Positions 1-14,600 of a stretch of 64,000 nucleotides of DNA are shown piece by piece. Below the pieces are notes generated by a model, which was given only the letters and a program-made list of their open reading frames with translations, did no database searches and was not told where the DNA came from. Source of the stretch: Ylistrum balloti (lineage: Eukaryota); the NCBI RefSeq assembly GCF_031769215.1, contig NW_026782170.1, positions 806,001 through 870,000 on the forward strand, in the 5' to 3' direction. Position 1 is the first letter of the stretch, and each line of letters begins with the position of its first letter. The translations under genes and the position numbers were made by a program.

Positions 1-3000
1 TGAAGTACTTTTACAATTAAAGTACTGCTGGTTTATAATGAGTGTATTTAATAGAGTGAGCACATTATTTGATGTAATCCTCAGTATATCTGTACAAATT
101 TACATAGAAATATTATCATTCCTTTCTCTACATGTTACTGCCAATAGATTTACTGATATCAACACTTAATAATATAGAACGAAGGATACTTAGTGGGGAT
201 TACAATTCATGTTGTAGTTACAGATTAATGAATTGATGTACCCATGACAACACTGTTGTCATCTACTGCTCATGCAAGTCAAAACAAACACTCAGTGTTC
301 CTTAGTAAAATGAACAAAAATTGATGCACAATTGTACAGATTTGAAATATTTGGAATGATAAAGCCAATAACAGATGAGCATTATCCATTAACAACTACA
401 GTGAATGTTTTTACCATCATGGTAACTATGGAAACTGCCATTGGTTGTTACAGAAATACTTCCATTGACGTCTAAGGAAAATGTCAAACTTTGCCAAAGT
501 GATTATCATTTAAGTGAAAGTTTTTAAAACTGATTTCCATCAGAAAACCTGTCACCAATATCAAGAGAAATTCAAAATGCTCCTGATACAGACATAATGT
601 TTTACTACTGCACTGTATCTATGACTGGTATTGGGTAGCATGTAATGTCTTATAGGTTGTATAATACAAGTGATATGCTAAACAAGACTTTTGTAATTTA
701 TGTGGATTTTATAATATTCTCCTTATCTATAGATCATTAAATATATTATTTTCTCAATAAAGCTGCCTTATGAGTGATTTTATGTTAATAAGTCTTGGAT
801 TTACGGTCACAGTTTCAAGGGGAGCCCAGTAATACGACTACAACTGGATACTGCACTATATACATGATGGTCACATTAGACAGAACATCACACATAAGAA
901 TTAGTATGTTCCTCATACCTACTGTTGTAACAAACAAAATCATTTCGATGACTGGAGTAACCTCTACCACTTAAGGTATGCAATGCCTAAACAATTAATA
1001 TTTTCAAAATATAAAATAATTAGTTACATGTAATGATAAAGTGAAAGATCACATCAAGATCTGTTCAGTTTCTATACACAAAAGCTATGTGTAGTATGTG
1101 CATGCCTGAGATCAAAAGGATACCCACAAGAAAAATCAAAACATCGCATTACTTTCAGAAATTTTTGTATTTCTTCTACCTTTGTCCGAGTTACATAATT
1201 GTCAAGAAACCAAGTTATTTCCATTTCAGACCTTTGCATTAGTGTTCTATCAGAATCACAGAACCATCAAAAACATTCTCAGTAAACTGCGCTCTTTCCT
1301 TTTGTGTTGAAATCAAGTTTGAAAATGGTGTTAAGTAAACTACATTGGCATAAATGTTTTCAAGTATTCTTAAAGGAAAATGATTGTTGGTTTGTGTTGT
1401 AATAGGAAAATATGTGGCACGATCTTAAACAGCATATATATATCTATCATCTATGAAAGCCAACTATTTTTGGTTCTTTCACCTTAAAATCAACAGTACA
1501 ATATAACAATTGTACTGAAACAAATTCACTAATAGTTACCCTGACAAAAATTGGAATGGCAGCATGTCTTGATCTAAACGCAGTTATGTGCAGGAGTGGA
1601 ACTGCATATTAACACTTATCTACATACCTACAAATCTGATATGAATTTTACTGTGGCCAGCACATTTAAAGTGAGTGCTAGTCTGAAGGACTGAAATCGG
1701 AATCATATATACTGTAAATAAACACTAATGCTTTCAGCTTAGTACATTATGTAATTCTAGTTTGAATAGTTTGAAACTTGTTACATATGTTCTATGCTGG
1801 AAGCGTTGTATCATACTATCTATCAGGATGTATAAGCTGATACACACAGGTACATACAGGAATTACGGAATCATATTAACTATCTTGATTTCACATTCCA
1901 TGAACTGATGACCTGTCTGGATTCCAAAACCAGTCTAAAGACAAGTAACACAGGTTTATATGACAGTTCATATTATAGTACATAACAACTGGTCATCACC
2001 ACAATGTCTAGCTGTGAACTTTCACATTTGTCTTGTAATTACCGGGTATAATCCTTACCACTCATATCGTTGGTGTTAGATGTTGACCAGTTGAGGCACC
2101 CAGGTTGAAACATATAGCCAGAGTTATTTTCCTACACACAGGTGATACTCTACACCCACAAAGTGTTTGAGTACCACAACACGTATTGTACCTGTTCAGG
2201 TTTAACATTTTTGTCTTAATCATTGGGCCAATCAATGCAGGTAACATAAGATCATATCACCTGTCTAAATTTCAAATTCCCAAATTGATTCATACAGGTA
2301 TTATTCACCTATGTAACCTGAACCAACCATACAATTATAACAAAATAAATAACATCAAGGTTAATATGAATCAAATCCTCGAAAGATAACAAAAGCAGAT
2401 TTACCACAGTACATACACTGAGGGTGATATTTTATCTTTAACTTTCCATTCATACATGTATAATGTACAAGGCATAGTATGGGATATAAATCTGTGGATA
2501 TTTCAGAGTGACGTAGGGCAGTTCATAATAATTTTTGGTCTGTATTTGACATTTTTATAAATTTACATGCTCACAAGACTAACCTAGGAATGTCCGCACA
2601 TAAAGCACCTATACATTGTGAACTTAACAATATTGTTCTTAAAATAAATACACAAATACAAAGATCTCTTCCGGAAAACTCTGTACTCTTTCAACTACCA
2701 TATCATTAAAGCACAATTTGTGTATGGTTTAGGCATCACTGAAACATGTACATGCAGAGAGGGAAAAAAAGACAGAATGTACTGGGACCATGAGGACATT
2801 GTAAAAAGTGAAGTAGAAATATTCTACAGAAACACACAGTTGTATTTAGGAGCAACATCATGGAAAAAGCAACATGGTTAATTTTGCTGAATTCAATATA
2901 GAACGTATAGAGAATATATCTAATGGTTTCCCGCTTTAATATCTTAAATATGTCCTTTTTTGGGATGCTTCACATATTTAATGTAAGTATAATATATATC

Positions 3001-3614
3001 ATAAGTTGAACAGGAAACCATTTTTATCAAATTTTCTGTTCCTTAAAATTTCAAAGGAAGACACAAAGAGAAATGAACTGATCCAAATAAGAAGTGAACT
3101 GGCATTCAGAACAGTTAAGGATTATTAGCATATTCTTTGATGTCAGATTGTTTGACATCACACTTGACAACAATTTGAATAAGCCACTTTATGTGGTTTT
3201 CTCCTATCTTATGCTGTTATCTATTAAGAATTTAATTGCAAAACTGTTTTGATGTACCAAGTAAAACCCAAAATATACATGGAAGGATTTGCTGTAAAAC
3301 CAACTAATTCAACCTTTGCTCCACAGGAAAATGATGAATTTAATTGCAGTGATTAGAAAGCACGACTCTGATTGTTAAGTTAAGTTAATAATGGACGCAG
3401 GCAAAACAATGCCTCTATGTCCATATCTAAAACTGATTACAATGGAAATTGATATATCATACAATGTAGGAGGAAATAAATCATTACATAGCAATTTACG
3501 GTTTTGAAAGATCAAATTATTGTTCATAATGAAAGATTGAGATATAGGTCTATTTATATTTCAGTGCTTTATATGGTATAACATTCCTGGCTTAAATGTC
3601 TCGTTTTCTGCTGA

Positions 3615-3768
3615 TGCGAACAATTTTTCTGTTCCATGGTGGTCCGCGAACCCGATAGATTTAGGCTTCAGATTCTTGTTCTTCTTTTCTTTTTGCCCCT
3701 TTATATAATTTACTTTCCTTTTCTCATTCTAATTTGGTCCTGATTTGTATAGAAGAAAATTGTTCGCA
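3615..3768. mobile_element. Possible small MITE remnant
   Basis: Perfect 13-bp inverted repeat TGCGAACAATTTT (3615-3627) / AAAATTGTTCGCA (3756-3768); no target-site duplication seen. Confidence 0.3.
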
Positions 3769-4454
3769 GCTGCATAGCATTTGGATACTTTTGAAAATAT
3801 TTCTTTTAAGTATCAGAGAGTCAAATTTCACAAGCATTGGTCAAAACTACAAAGGTTGTATTATCACTGGAAAAGTTGGATCATCACTAATGATAATATA
3901 TTAAATATCTGACATCACTACATTTCACTGACAAAAATGTAACAAGTGTATTTTTACTAGTATACAGTGACACTCATTTGATAAAAACCATATTTTTCTT
4001 GTATGGCAACCTTAGAGCAGGAATTTTGGAAAATAAAGGGGTTAGATGTCAATTATGGCAAGAAAGTGGAACCATTATTAATCTCATTATTCATCTATAA
4101 CAGTATGCAAATCAGTTTTCATTGATTATGCAACAAAACTCTAATTGGCTAGCTTTTACTACCATTATATCTGATAGGATTTTCACTATTTGGAACATAA
4201 AAAAAAAAAAATGTTATCTTTTCACTTCAGTGGTTTTAAAACATATAAAGACAGCAGGTGTAAATCTATTCTCATAATATCAAACAATGTAATAGACATT
4301 TGTAAACCAGACTGGGAGGAATATTAACTCACTTTTAGGATGTAACAGAGAACCAATTCGGCAGGATTTGCTACTAAAAATAATAATTATCTGTGTAGGG
4401 GATAGATTACAATGTCAAAGTTCAAAAGAAGTTTCTTGGAGAATTTAAAATATC

Positions 4455-5195
4455 AAAGATAATAGGCCCAAGGGCTTCACTGGGAACCTGAGTCACAATG
4501 CTTCTTGTAACATTTCATAGAGATGAGTCCGTTAAAAAAAGTAATATAACTTTAATTATAGTGTACACATAATGCAAATGTAGAATGTGTATACATTAAC
4601 TGCTGTCCAATGCTATGGCTTCCAACTAAGTTTGAATTAAAAGATATTACACCCAATATTTGATTTTTCCTATATAAAATCTATCCAGGAACAGTAGAAC
4701 ATCTTTGAAATTTCAGTCAATTTGACCCATTTTGGCTCCACCCTTCAGCCCCTGGGGGTCAGCTGAGGTCAATATGTGCATCTCATCAAATAATAACTCT
4801 AACGTGGTTTTGAACTATTTTCAATAGAAAATAAACAAATAATGTTCAAAAACCTGATTTTCCTATATGAACTATGAACTTTACCCCCTCCCCTAGGGGA
4901 AATGTGAACCCCAGGGTCATGAAAGTAAAATTTGGTAAAGCATCTGAAGGCCTTTCCATCCATCCAAGATTTTTGAAGTTTCAATCAATTTGACCCGTTT
5001 TGGCTCCACACCTCAGGCCTCTGGGGATTGAGGACCATATACATAATTTACAGTGTTGATGCACCTTTAGCTATGGAAGGTCTTCGTAAAATTTCAATGA
5101 TATTGATTCAGGAGTTTTCCAGAACTGAGAAGAAGTAGACAATGTTAAATACATAATGATGCATGACACCTGACTTTTTGTCATGTGACCTTAAA
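4455..5195 (+). mobile_element. Degenerate non-autonomous interspersed repeat, HINE/Helentron-like
   Basis: Starts AATAGGCCCAAGGGC, has an internal duplicated module TTTGAA(A/G)TTTCA..CAATTTGACCC.TTTTGGCTCCAC, ends in a CACCTGAC..TGTCATGTGACCTTAAAA hairpin-like terminus. Family assignment is from memory of bivalve repeats. Confidence 0.4.
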
Positions 5196-5497
5196 AATCT
5201 GTGTTTTTCCCGGTTTGGTTGATGTAAAGGATAATTTTCGTTGGAAAAGAAAGGAATTGGATGTTTATCATAACAAGGAAAGTGATAACATTACTGTTTT
5301 GTGGGACAAATGAAATCAGTCTTTGAATATGACTTGAAATAATGAGCATCAAACCTCATGTACCAAGAAAAATAACTGTCAGTGTAAAATAAAACAGTTT
5401 TCAGTTATGCTTGCTGAAAATGTTCAATGAAATCAGAAGCCAGAATACTTCCATTTGCTGATTAAGAAATGAGTGGTCAGATAATTGTAGCACTTCC

Positions 5498-8400
5498 TCA
5501 CTTGAGTAACATTTGTTTACAATTGCTTGGTCCTGCCACATCATCTGCTTGTACAGGTCCATCATTTGTCCTCTTTTTGGGTTTACGTTTTTGTCCTTTG
5601 TCTTGTGGAGGCATTTGTGGCGGACATGGCTGGAGAAGCCAGCTCACATTGTTTTCTAAAAAGTTTTTAAAACCAGGTGGCAGGGTGATCACTTTTAAAA
5701 CATCTAAGTGATTTGGAATGACCTTGCGAAGAACTTGGCAGCACATAAACTGGAGGGATGTTGGGAAAGAACAGCTACGAATCACCTTCATGCCACTACG
5801 TGCAGCTGTTGATGATACCATTGGATACAGGATCTTACCATGGAGACCAGTGTATGCCACACCTACAAAACACATCATCAGCAATTAGTGTTGAATAAGT
5901 GCAACCGATTTATGAGATCATATGAAGACATATCAAATGCTAAAAGTCTAAGATTTCGGTCTAAAAAAAGTAATTGAATAATATTATTGGTTAAATAATT
6001 TATAAATCTATGTAAACACTGTTCATATAGCCAAAACATTTCCCAAACAAGTCAAAAAAGAGCTCAAGCTGTAAAATGATCTAGTTTTGCAGTAAGTCTC
6101 ATATGTCACATGTTCAAACTTGAGAAAGACACCCTCATTATTTTGTGAGAAAACACAATTTCAGCAATCAAAATCTATGATAGCTGTCTGTTGGTCTGGG
6201 CATCTTGTTTTTCTGGTAAGGCTCATTTTTTGTACGTTTGTTTGTTTCTGTTTGATTTTATGTTGATTTGCTGGATTTATTGTTCCGTGAACAGTCTTAA
6301 AACGACACATAAAATAAAGGACACAGAAGAAAGGTAAAGAAATTGCAGAAAGATCCTTTTAGCAGTTTCTGAGACTGTCAATAACCAATTTAACTAACAA
6401 AAGAAGAATTTATTCACACCAAATTCAGTCACACGGCTGGTAAAAAAATCACTTCATCCATATGGAGGAACAAAAATTTATATATAAATTGCATTAATCT
6501 ACAGGCGTGGAGCCATATTATACACTAAACCAAAGAAATCAGCTTAAGATGAAATTTCATCATGATGCCTTAATCTGACTATGGAGCTTTCAATGGGAAA
6601 AATGATGAACAGACAGGTAGACAAAGTATAGAGTTCTATAACATAAGCTCTTCTTTTCTTCAGTCAAGGTTTTCTACTAATGGTAGAAATGCTGACCAGT
6701 TATCTAATAATGGAAATGTGAATATGGTAATCAAAAGTTAAATGCACAAAATGTAGTTCCTACTTCAGTAAAATCCATGTGTCTCAAGGGAACAGACACA
6801 TTGTAAAATACAATTTTTTGACCAAGTGGCCTCTTAACTTTAAAAAGGTCAAACTTTTGTAGTACATATTACATGTTCTTGTTTTAGAGAATCACTTGTC
6901 AACTTCACCTAATGGCCTCCTGTTTTTGTAGAATGATAGTGTTCCGTGCCACATGTCCAGGTGAATACCAATGATGGAACCCTGGCCAAACTTGGATGAA
7001 TACTGTTCCTTGATACTTCTATGCTGTCTCATGCCTGTATAAGACAGACCCCATGACTCTGAATCCTGGCCAATCATGCTACAGAACATGTGGCGACACT
7101 TGTTCAGATCAATATGTGCTGTGCAAACACCAACCATCTGAAAACAAAATGTATCTTTTAATACCCTGTTGCAATAACCTATTGCAGTCAAACAATACAT
7201 CCCAAAGGGATTTTGATGTCCATCATCATAATTACATCAGTGGTTCTTCTTTCCCTCGAAAAATAAAATATGCACAGCAAAGGACCAAAGGGAGTTTACA
7301 CATCACTGCAAGTCAAGGCAAAATGGAAGGATCTCTTTATGGTCATCACTGCACAAAGTTTCCCTCTTATAACTTCTTACAGTGATAATTCATGTAATTT
7401 TTCATGATGGATGGTATATACATTAACTTTCAAAGTGGTGTAAACAGCAATATTGACTTTCTTACCATATCAGTGCCATACACAGGTGTTGTCATTTTAA
7501 TCTCCCAGTAGTACTGCTCATTTTTGAGTGGCAGTGTGCCACGTACAGCCGCTGTGCCACAACTATAATCAATATGAAACATCACTTCCCTCATATCATC
7601 TTTTACATAGCTAGCAGCAGATTTGGTTTCATCATCCCAAATCCATTCAAAATCTGAAAAAAATTGCAATTACTTATTTTAATCAAATACAAAATTATTG
7701 TGAAATCTTTGATTAATTCTAACTGGCAAAGTCTTTTCAATATAATCAGATTTCTCTGTCATATATGTGTCAAGACTGAGAATGGGAATAATACTACAAT
7801 TCTACTATCACTATGAAATTTGTGATGGTCTATCACTGTTGTAAATATCCGACCAGTATGTTTTCTCCTCATTACGTATTCCAAACAAGAAAAAATAAGA
7901 CAATTGTAAAATGAAAATGCTATCATATTTAGTGTTGGGATACAAAAGCCACATTTTTTTAATATGTTGCCATGCTGAAGCATTTTTGCATTATTCTTTC
8001 AAAAAACTGAATGATTACAACTAAGGTACCTATTTATTTATGTGTAGATTGCAGCTTCAACTTCAGATTAAATATCAAATATGGTTTCATGCTTTAATTA
8101 ATCTTTTCAGTGCTATTTTCCAAAGAAGAAATAGTGTAGCAACTTTGTAGTCTTTGCAAATCAATGATGTGACAAAAGAAGTGCATGCATTCTTAACGTT
8201 GTAGTTGATCTCAAATTTGCTTTCAACACATACTAGTACAACAGAGCTACATGAAACAGGTTGGGTACAATCACACATATGGGTAACAGTCCTTGATTTG
8301 AAGGAGACTCACTACCTTTGCTCTAAAGGAAATTTCAAATAAGCAGGTTTGATCCATGGAAGAGGCACACTACTCTCTTCCTGTTCCAGTGCAAATGTCA

Positions 8401-9155
8401 CGAGCAGGCATGAATATACATGTGTGCTATATTCAGCCACACTGTAAGAATGTTGATAAAGGTGATATTGATTGTAATTTTTACACAAAGCAAGACAACT
8501 GAATTATTCACTTTTTGTGTAAAATGTATAATAGCATACAATCTTGCATAAATTATTGGACCATGTCAAAAAAATATGACATCCACTTTTGTTACAATTG
8601 TATAAAAGAACTTATGTGTTTCTATTTCAAGTGATCCTGCAGGGCATTTGAGTAACTGATTACTTAATAAACGCAGTAAAGTATCTATCAAATGCAGGAC
8701 TATTACCCATATGCGAGGTTGTACCTAACCTGTGGAAAAGGTTAACGTGAAGAAATGATAGGTTCAGTTGAACAATAACAGAAAAAGTCAAAAATCCGAT
8801 AATAAACATGAAATTGTCCCAATGGAACATATGAAGGCATGTATTATAGGACTGACAGTAAAACTGTTAAGCCAATAATCATAGAATCTATCATGATGAT
8901 AGTAATTTTCCATGGTAACGTACATGTGTCATCTTCTCCACATTTGCAAGATTTCTCTAATCCTTTCTTGTAGCATTCGCAATATGCATCTCCTTTCAGT
9001 TTCGCATTCGTCTGCTTAATTGAAATTGAGTCAATTTCATCTTCAGACTGGTCCGTACTAGCATCCTTGTCACTCTCCTGCGAATCTAGCGACTCGGACC
9101 AGGAGGGAGACTTAGAACACGATGCCTGATCTTCTTGGTCACCGTCCCTTTCCAT
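5498..9155 (-). CDS. SPSB3: SPRY domain-containing SOCS box protein 3 (E3 ligase substrate adaptor), 4 coding exons
   Basis: Exons 9155-8924, 7653-7466, 7137-6909, 5862-5498, all GT-AG with consistent phases. Joined peptide [16 protein letters not shown]...[12 protein letters not shown]...[19 protein letters not shown]...SWGLSYTG...[23 protein letters not shown]...[14 protein letters not shown]...[12 protein letters not shown] (SOCS box) matches vertebrate SPSB3 as recalled. The ATG at 9155 is the least certain part. Confidence 0.93.
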
Positions 9156-9395
9156 TACATATGATAAAAATCAGGAGACAATGCTAGATTCACATTTTTC
9201 ATCTAAAAGTCATCGACGCCATTACAGCTTAAGCGTCAACGTGATTCAGTTCCACGAAGCATTAATACTCCTATGCGAGTTAAACGTTCTGGTGTTCTTG
9301 AGAAAATCAAAACAGAAAGTAATGCTCTTTTTGTTTACTTCCGGCGAACACATGACTTGGATGACTCCTCTGTGATCAATCGGTGGACTGTAAGT
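9156..9395. promoter_or_regulatory. Putative bidirectional promoter between SPSB3 and the ABCA gene, with an ETS-type motif
   Basis: ACTTCCGG (CCGGAAGT on minus) at 9337-9344 in a locally CpG-richer stretch, followed by a plus-strand donor GACT|GTAAGT at 9390 with no coding exon upstream of it. Confidence 0.4.
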
Positions 9396-11667
9396 TATTT
9401 TTTTCCTTCTCACATATGCTGATAGAATGCTTACGGGTCCGTGATGTGACATACATTGATTTCATTTTCACTGATCAATCATTTACCTCGTGTCTAATCG
9501 TTAGCTTCACCAACAATCAAGTTCATGTGCTCTGACGCGTATGTTATATACGTCTCTGATGTGCTTTATGCTTTTAATATCTTCATAAAGATCAGTTCAC
9601 TTAATTATGTGCTTTTTAATATGCTTTGCCTGTCTGTATCTCTAAACCTAAATTGACGACATGAGTGCCTACTCATTTTTATTCTAGAGAAATATCTACT
9701 TAAAAATACTTCCGTCAGGGACGTATGTATTTTTAATAGGACCTAATCAGAGGGATAAGAAACTAGGCCTATTGGAGGTTTCTTTGGCATTAACTTTTGT
9801 GTTAGTTCACTGTACCATGAAGTCAGTTACCCCTCTCTCCTCACAATGATAATTATATATACCTATGCCCTTTTCAATTCTGTACTGTGGTTAGCGTGGA
9901 CTTTGCACTAACCAGAGCCATTTTGTTGCTTAGTGAGAAGGTAATATAATTTTCGTAACAAAAATAATACTATTACTAATGTAATTACTAATGTTACTAA
10001 TGACACATAATAAAAATTACAGAAATTAGTCGTCACAAAAGCTAGCACAATCAATTTGACACTTATGAAGCTTTCTAACACTGTGTATATCGAAAAAATT
10101 AATTATGTCCTTTTAGAGAAAACTATAGCTGGTATGTAAAAATATTAAGACTAGATGACTTAGATTCTTTGTTGTAGCTTTACATCCCTACATACATGTA
10201 GCCTATATTTCTAATCATAATTCAGAAAGGAGCATTTTGATAAGCTTACCTGTTGTATATTTTAGTTTCTTTTATACCAAATCTTATACAGATATTCTTC
10301 CTTTTTCAGTTAATTTTTATTTGGTATACGGTAATTACTAAACCATTTTCTTTTATCTTAAGATATATTAATTGGTACCAAATTGAATGTTCCCTTTATC
10401 AGAAATGTTAATTTCTTTTCTTCTGTTTCTCTTTTTTTTAAGGTTTGAAATTGTTTTATTGTCCCCAGTATATAGAATTAAGGAAAACCAAAAAGGGGAG
10501 GTAGAGTCAACACCTGGTTGGTTTATTGAATGTAGGATGATAGGTTTCTAGGCTCCTCCGTCTGGATACCTGAAAGTATGCTTGGTGATTGAAGGATAAG
10601 TAACAAATATTAGAGGTGTAGAGGTCAATCACAAAAGGGGAAGAGGTAGGGTTCTTAGATTTATTGTTATTAACAGGTTTGGCCTTCAGGGGCTTCTTCA
10701 GAACACTATTTTACATTGAAATTGTTTACCCCTAAAGTAATAAAAATGAGTGGACATATCTCATTATTGAATTATGACGTCTAACTGTTATACAAGAACC
10801 ATAACTCAATCATGGTTACTTTACTCATATATCATACCGTTAGGTGTATATTAAATTTGAAGTTCAGTAAAATGATTATGAAGTTTATTTGTTCTACTTA
10901 TCATTTCCTAACAGTTTATTTATATATTTAAAAAATCTAATCAATCTCATCTAAGCAGTAGAAGTGGATGGAGATTAAAGAAGTGTGCCCTGGTTTCACA
11001 CCCCTTACATGCATGTGGTGTTTTGTACTGGAAGTTCTTTTTCAGATTGGAAGAAATAGTTATTTTCCTTAAAGATAAAAGCAGAAGTTCAACCCATAAA
11101 ATGAGTTCTGGACACATGCATGTATTTATGTACACTCACACCCAGGATTTCCCAAACTCTAGGTGTACTCTCTAACCAATTGGACTATCTGGTAGCAAGA
11201 CTGAAATATCTATCCAACTTAGCTACACTTCATGATTATTTCTATTTCTCTCTTTTTTTGTTACATTTGGTGTCATAGACCATGTAGAGTGCAAGGTTAA
11301 GGTGATTTAGAGGCTTAGCTGGAGCTGAAGAACCTAGGTTGATGTAGTATTTGGGAATGAATATAATAGAAGAAGGACTGGGGAGTTATTGGACAGGTTT
11401 CATTTGGGCCCTGGCTTCCTGATGTTTCATATATTTGGTATTACATCCAATCAATTTGGTATTACATCCAATTAATCAATTAGATTGATTGCCCGATCGA
11501 TCAAGTAAGTAAGCTAGCAAGCAATCATTCATTAAAGCAAAGGTGATTTTTGTTCTTTTCAGATAGCCAAAGCCATGAAGATTTACCAACATATATGACA
11601 GCTAGTTTAGTATGATAGCATTAAGCTTTTTGTAAATAACATATAACATTTATGCCACATATAAGAA

Positions 11668-14600
11668 ATGGGAAATTTCACAAAATTTCTGCTTTTGCTA
11701 TGGAAAAATTATGTCTTACAAAAGAGGAAGAAGATAGTAACTATTCTGGAAATAGGAATTCCCACTGTGTTCTCTTTGATCCTGATATTTGTACGCCTCC
11801 GAGTTGATGGTCAGCCAGTCCCAAATGCTGTTATTTGGGAAGAATGTACAGAATTTAAGAACTTCAACTTCATGAAATTACCACACAAGGTAGCTTATTC
11901 CCCAAACAACAATGTGACACATGCAATCATCCAGAGAGCCAAGAAATTCCTTCCTAAATTAGATTGGGGTAAGTATTAAGTATTATGCCATTCACAAGGC
12001 AATCAAGCTAGTAAAAAGCATTGAAATAGTATTTGTTAGTAATGCTAATGAAAAGCTATAGATAAAGATCGGCTTATTGCTTAGTAAGTGGTATATTTGT
12101 TTTGAAGTAATCTAGACTTTTGAATCTTGGTGGGAACAGGCAAATAAAACTTAGGCATGTGTAAAAAGTATCATGAACCAGGATAAGTAATTGCTCGTCT
12201 GACTAAACTGAGAAACTCCCTGCCATTGATCACTAATAATCAGTGACATTTATGGTTTTTGGTGTTCATAGATCATGGGTTCAAGACGGAGGCAGAAATG
12301 GTGGACTTTGTACAATTGGTCAACAGCACTGGTAACAAAACTTATGTTAACAACACTCGAGACTACCTGGGAGGTATTGCCTTCACTAATTCATTCCCTT
12401 CTGGAGCGCTACCTCCGCATATTCAATATAAAATACGTCTTGACTCAGTACCAAGACTGGCACACTCAAAATTTCGTCTCAACCCATTCAAGATGGACAC
12501 CAGTTGGTACACTCAGTTTATGTTTCCTGTCTATCAACGAGTGGGACCCCGAGAAATTAGTGATAAATGTGGAGGATCACCAGGTAAGTGGGACCTGAGA
12601 AATTAGTGATAAATGTGGAGGATCACCAGGTAAGTGGGACCCGAGAAATTAGTGATAAATGTGGAGGATCACCAGGTAAGTGGGACCAGAGAAATTAGTG
12701 ATAAATGTGGAGGATCACCAGGTAAGTGGGACCCTGAGAAACTAGTAATAAATGTGGAGGATCACCAGGTAAGTGGGACTCCGAGAAATTAGTGATAAAT
12801 GTGGAGGATCACCAGGTAAGTGGGACCAGAGAAATTAGTGATAAATGTGGAGGATCACCAGGTAAGTGGGACCCCGAGAAACTAGTGATAAATGTGGAGG
12901 ATCACCAGGTAAGTGGGACCCCGAGAAATTAGTGATAAATGTGGAGGATCACCAGGTAAGTGGGACTCCGAGAAATAAATGATAAATGTGGAGGATCACC
13001 AGGTAAGTGGGACCCCAAGAAATAAGTGATAAATGTGGAGGATCACCAGGTAAGTGGAACCTTGGGTAATTGATGACAAATGTGGAGGATCACCAGGTAA
13101 GTTGGACCTTGGGTAATTGATGACAAATGTGGAGGATCACCAGGTAAGTTGGACCTTGGGTAATTGATGACAACTGTGGAGGATCACCAGGTAAGTGGAA
13201 CCTTGGGTAATTGATGACAAATGTGGAGGATCACCAGGTAAGTTGGACCTTGGGTAATTGATGACAACTGTGGAGGATCACCAGGTAAGTGGAACCTTGG
13301 GTAATTGATGACAAATGTGGAGGATCACCAGGTAAGTTGGACCTTGGGTAATTGATGACAAATGTGGAGGATCACCAGGTAAGTTGGACCTTGGGTAATT
13401 GATGACAAATGTGGAGGATCACCAGGTAAGTGGAACCTTGGGTAATTGATGACAAATGTGGAGGATCACCAGGTAAGTTGGACCTTGGGTAATTGATGAC
13501 AAATGTGGAGGATCACCAGGTAAGTGGAACCTTGGGTAATTGATGACAAATGTGGAGAATCACCAAGTAAGATGGACCCCAGGTAATTCATGATAAATGT
13601 CAAGAATCACCAGGTAAGTTGGACCCTGATAAATCAGTGATAAGTGTCAAGAATCACCAGGTAAGTTGGACCCTGGTAAATCAGTGATAAATAGCAAAGA
13701 TCACCAGGTAAATTTCAATTTTAGGTGTGTTAATATTTCTTAAAAGATTATTCAAAAAAACAAATAATTTGTTGATGATAAAGATCCTGTGTAAAACTAA
13801 AAATGGAAGTGTTTGGTAACTTGTCTGTTAAATAAATAACGTAGATAGATATTGAAATTTAATACATCTTCGAAGATGTGTGGTCTTGATATAGGAATAG
13901 AATGCATAACATACTGCTGTACTCGAACTTATATACAGTATAAAGTTGTATTTGCACATCAGTGCTGACTTAACTCACCTTCTAGCTTTAAACGAAAATA
14001 TGTTGAGTGATGAAATTCTGATGTGCATTTCCAGGTTATGTCCGAGAAGGATTTACAGCACTCCAAACAGCTATAAACAAGGCAGTGATAGACCTCCAGG
14101 GAAGTTTGAATAACAGGAGTCATTCCAGTGGACATGTGGAGCTGGGTCTGCAACGTCACCCCTACCCACCATACAATGATGACTACTTTGTCCTTGTCAT
14201 ACAGCAACAGTTTCCACTTGTCATCATGCTGAGCTTTGTACTTGTAGCTCTTAACATTGTCAAGGATATAGTGCATGAAAAGGAAAAGAAGCTCAAGGTT
14301 AGTGAGATATCAGCATTGGTAATATTGATAATTTATTTATCACATTATATATCAATGTCCTTCATCTGATTATAAGGCCAACAGGAAAAATTGTGTCAGT
14401 CAACAAAGATGAGGGATCTGTAATCATATTATTGAACTCGATAGAAGTCAATGAAGATAGTGAGTCTGATTAATTATATTATTGAACTTGATAGGAGTCA
14501 ATAAAGATACTGATCCTAAGTAATTATATTATTGAACTTGGCAAGCGTCAATGAAGAGCGTGTGTGTGAGTAATCATATTATTCAAATTGATAGAAGTCA

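Noticed and set aside
2055-2200. Minus-strand acceptor/donor pair suggesting an exon of another gene
   Set aside because: All three frames contain stops and no neighbouring exons were found in 1-5400.
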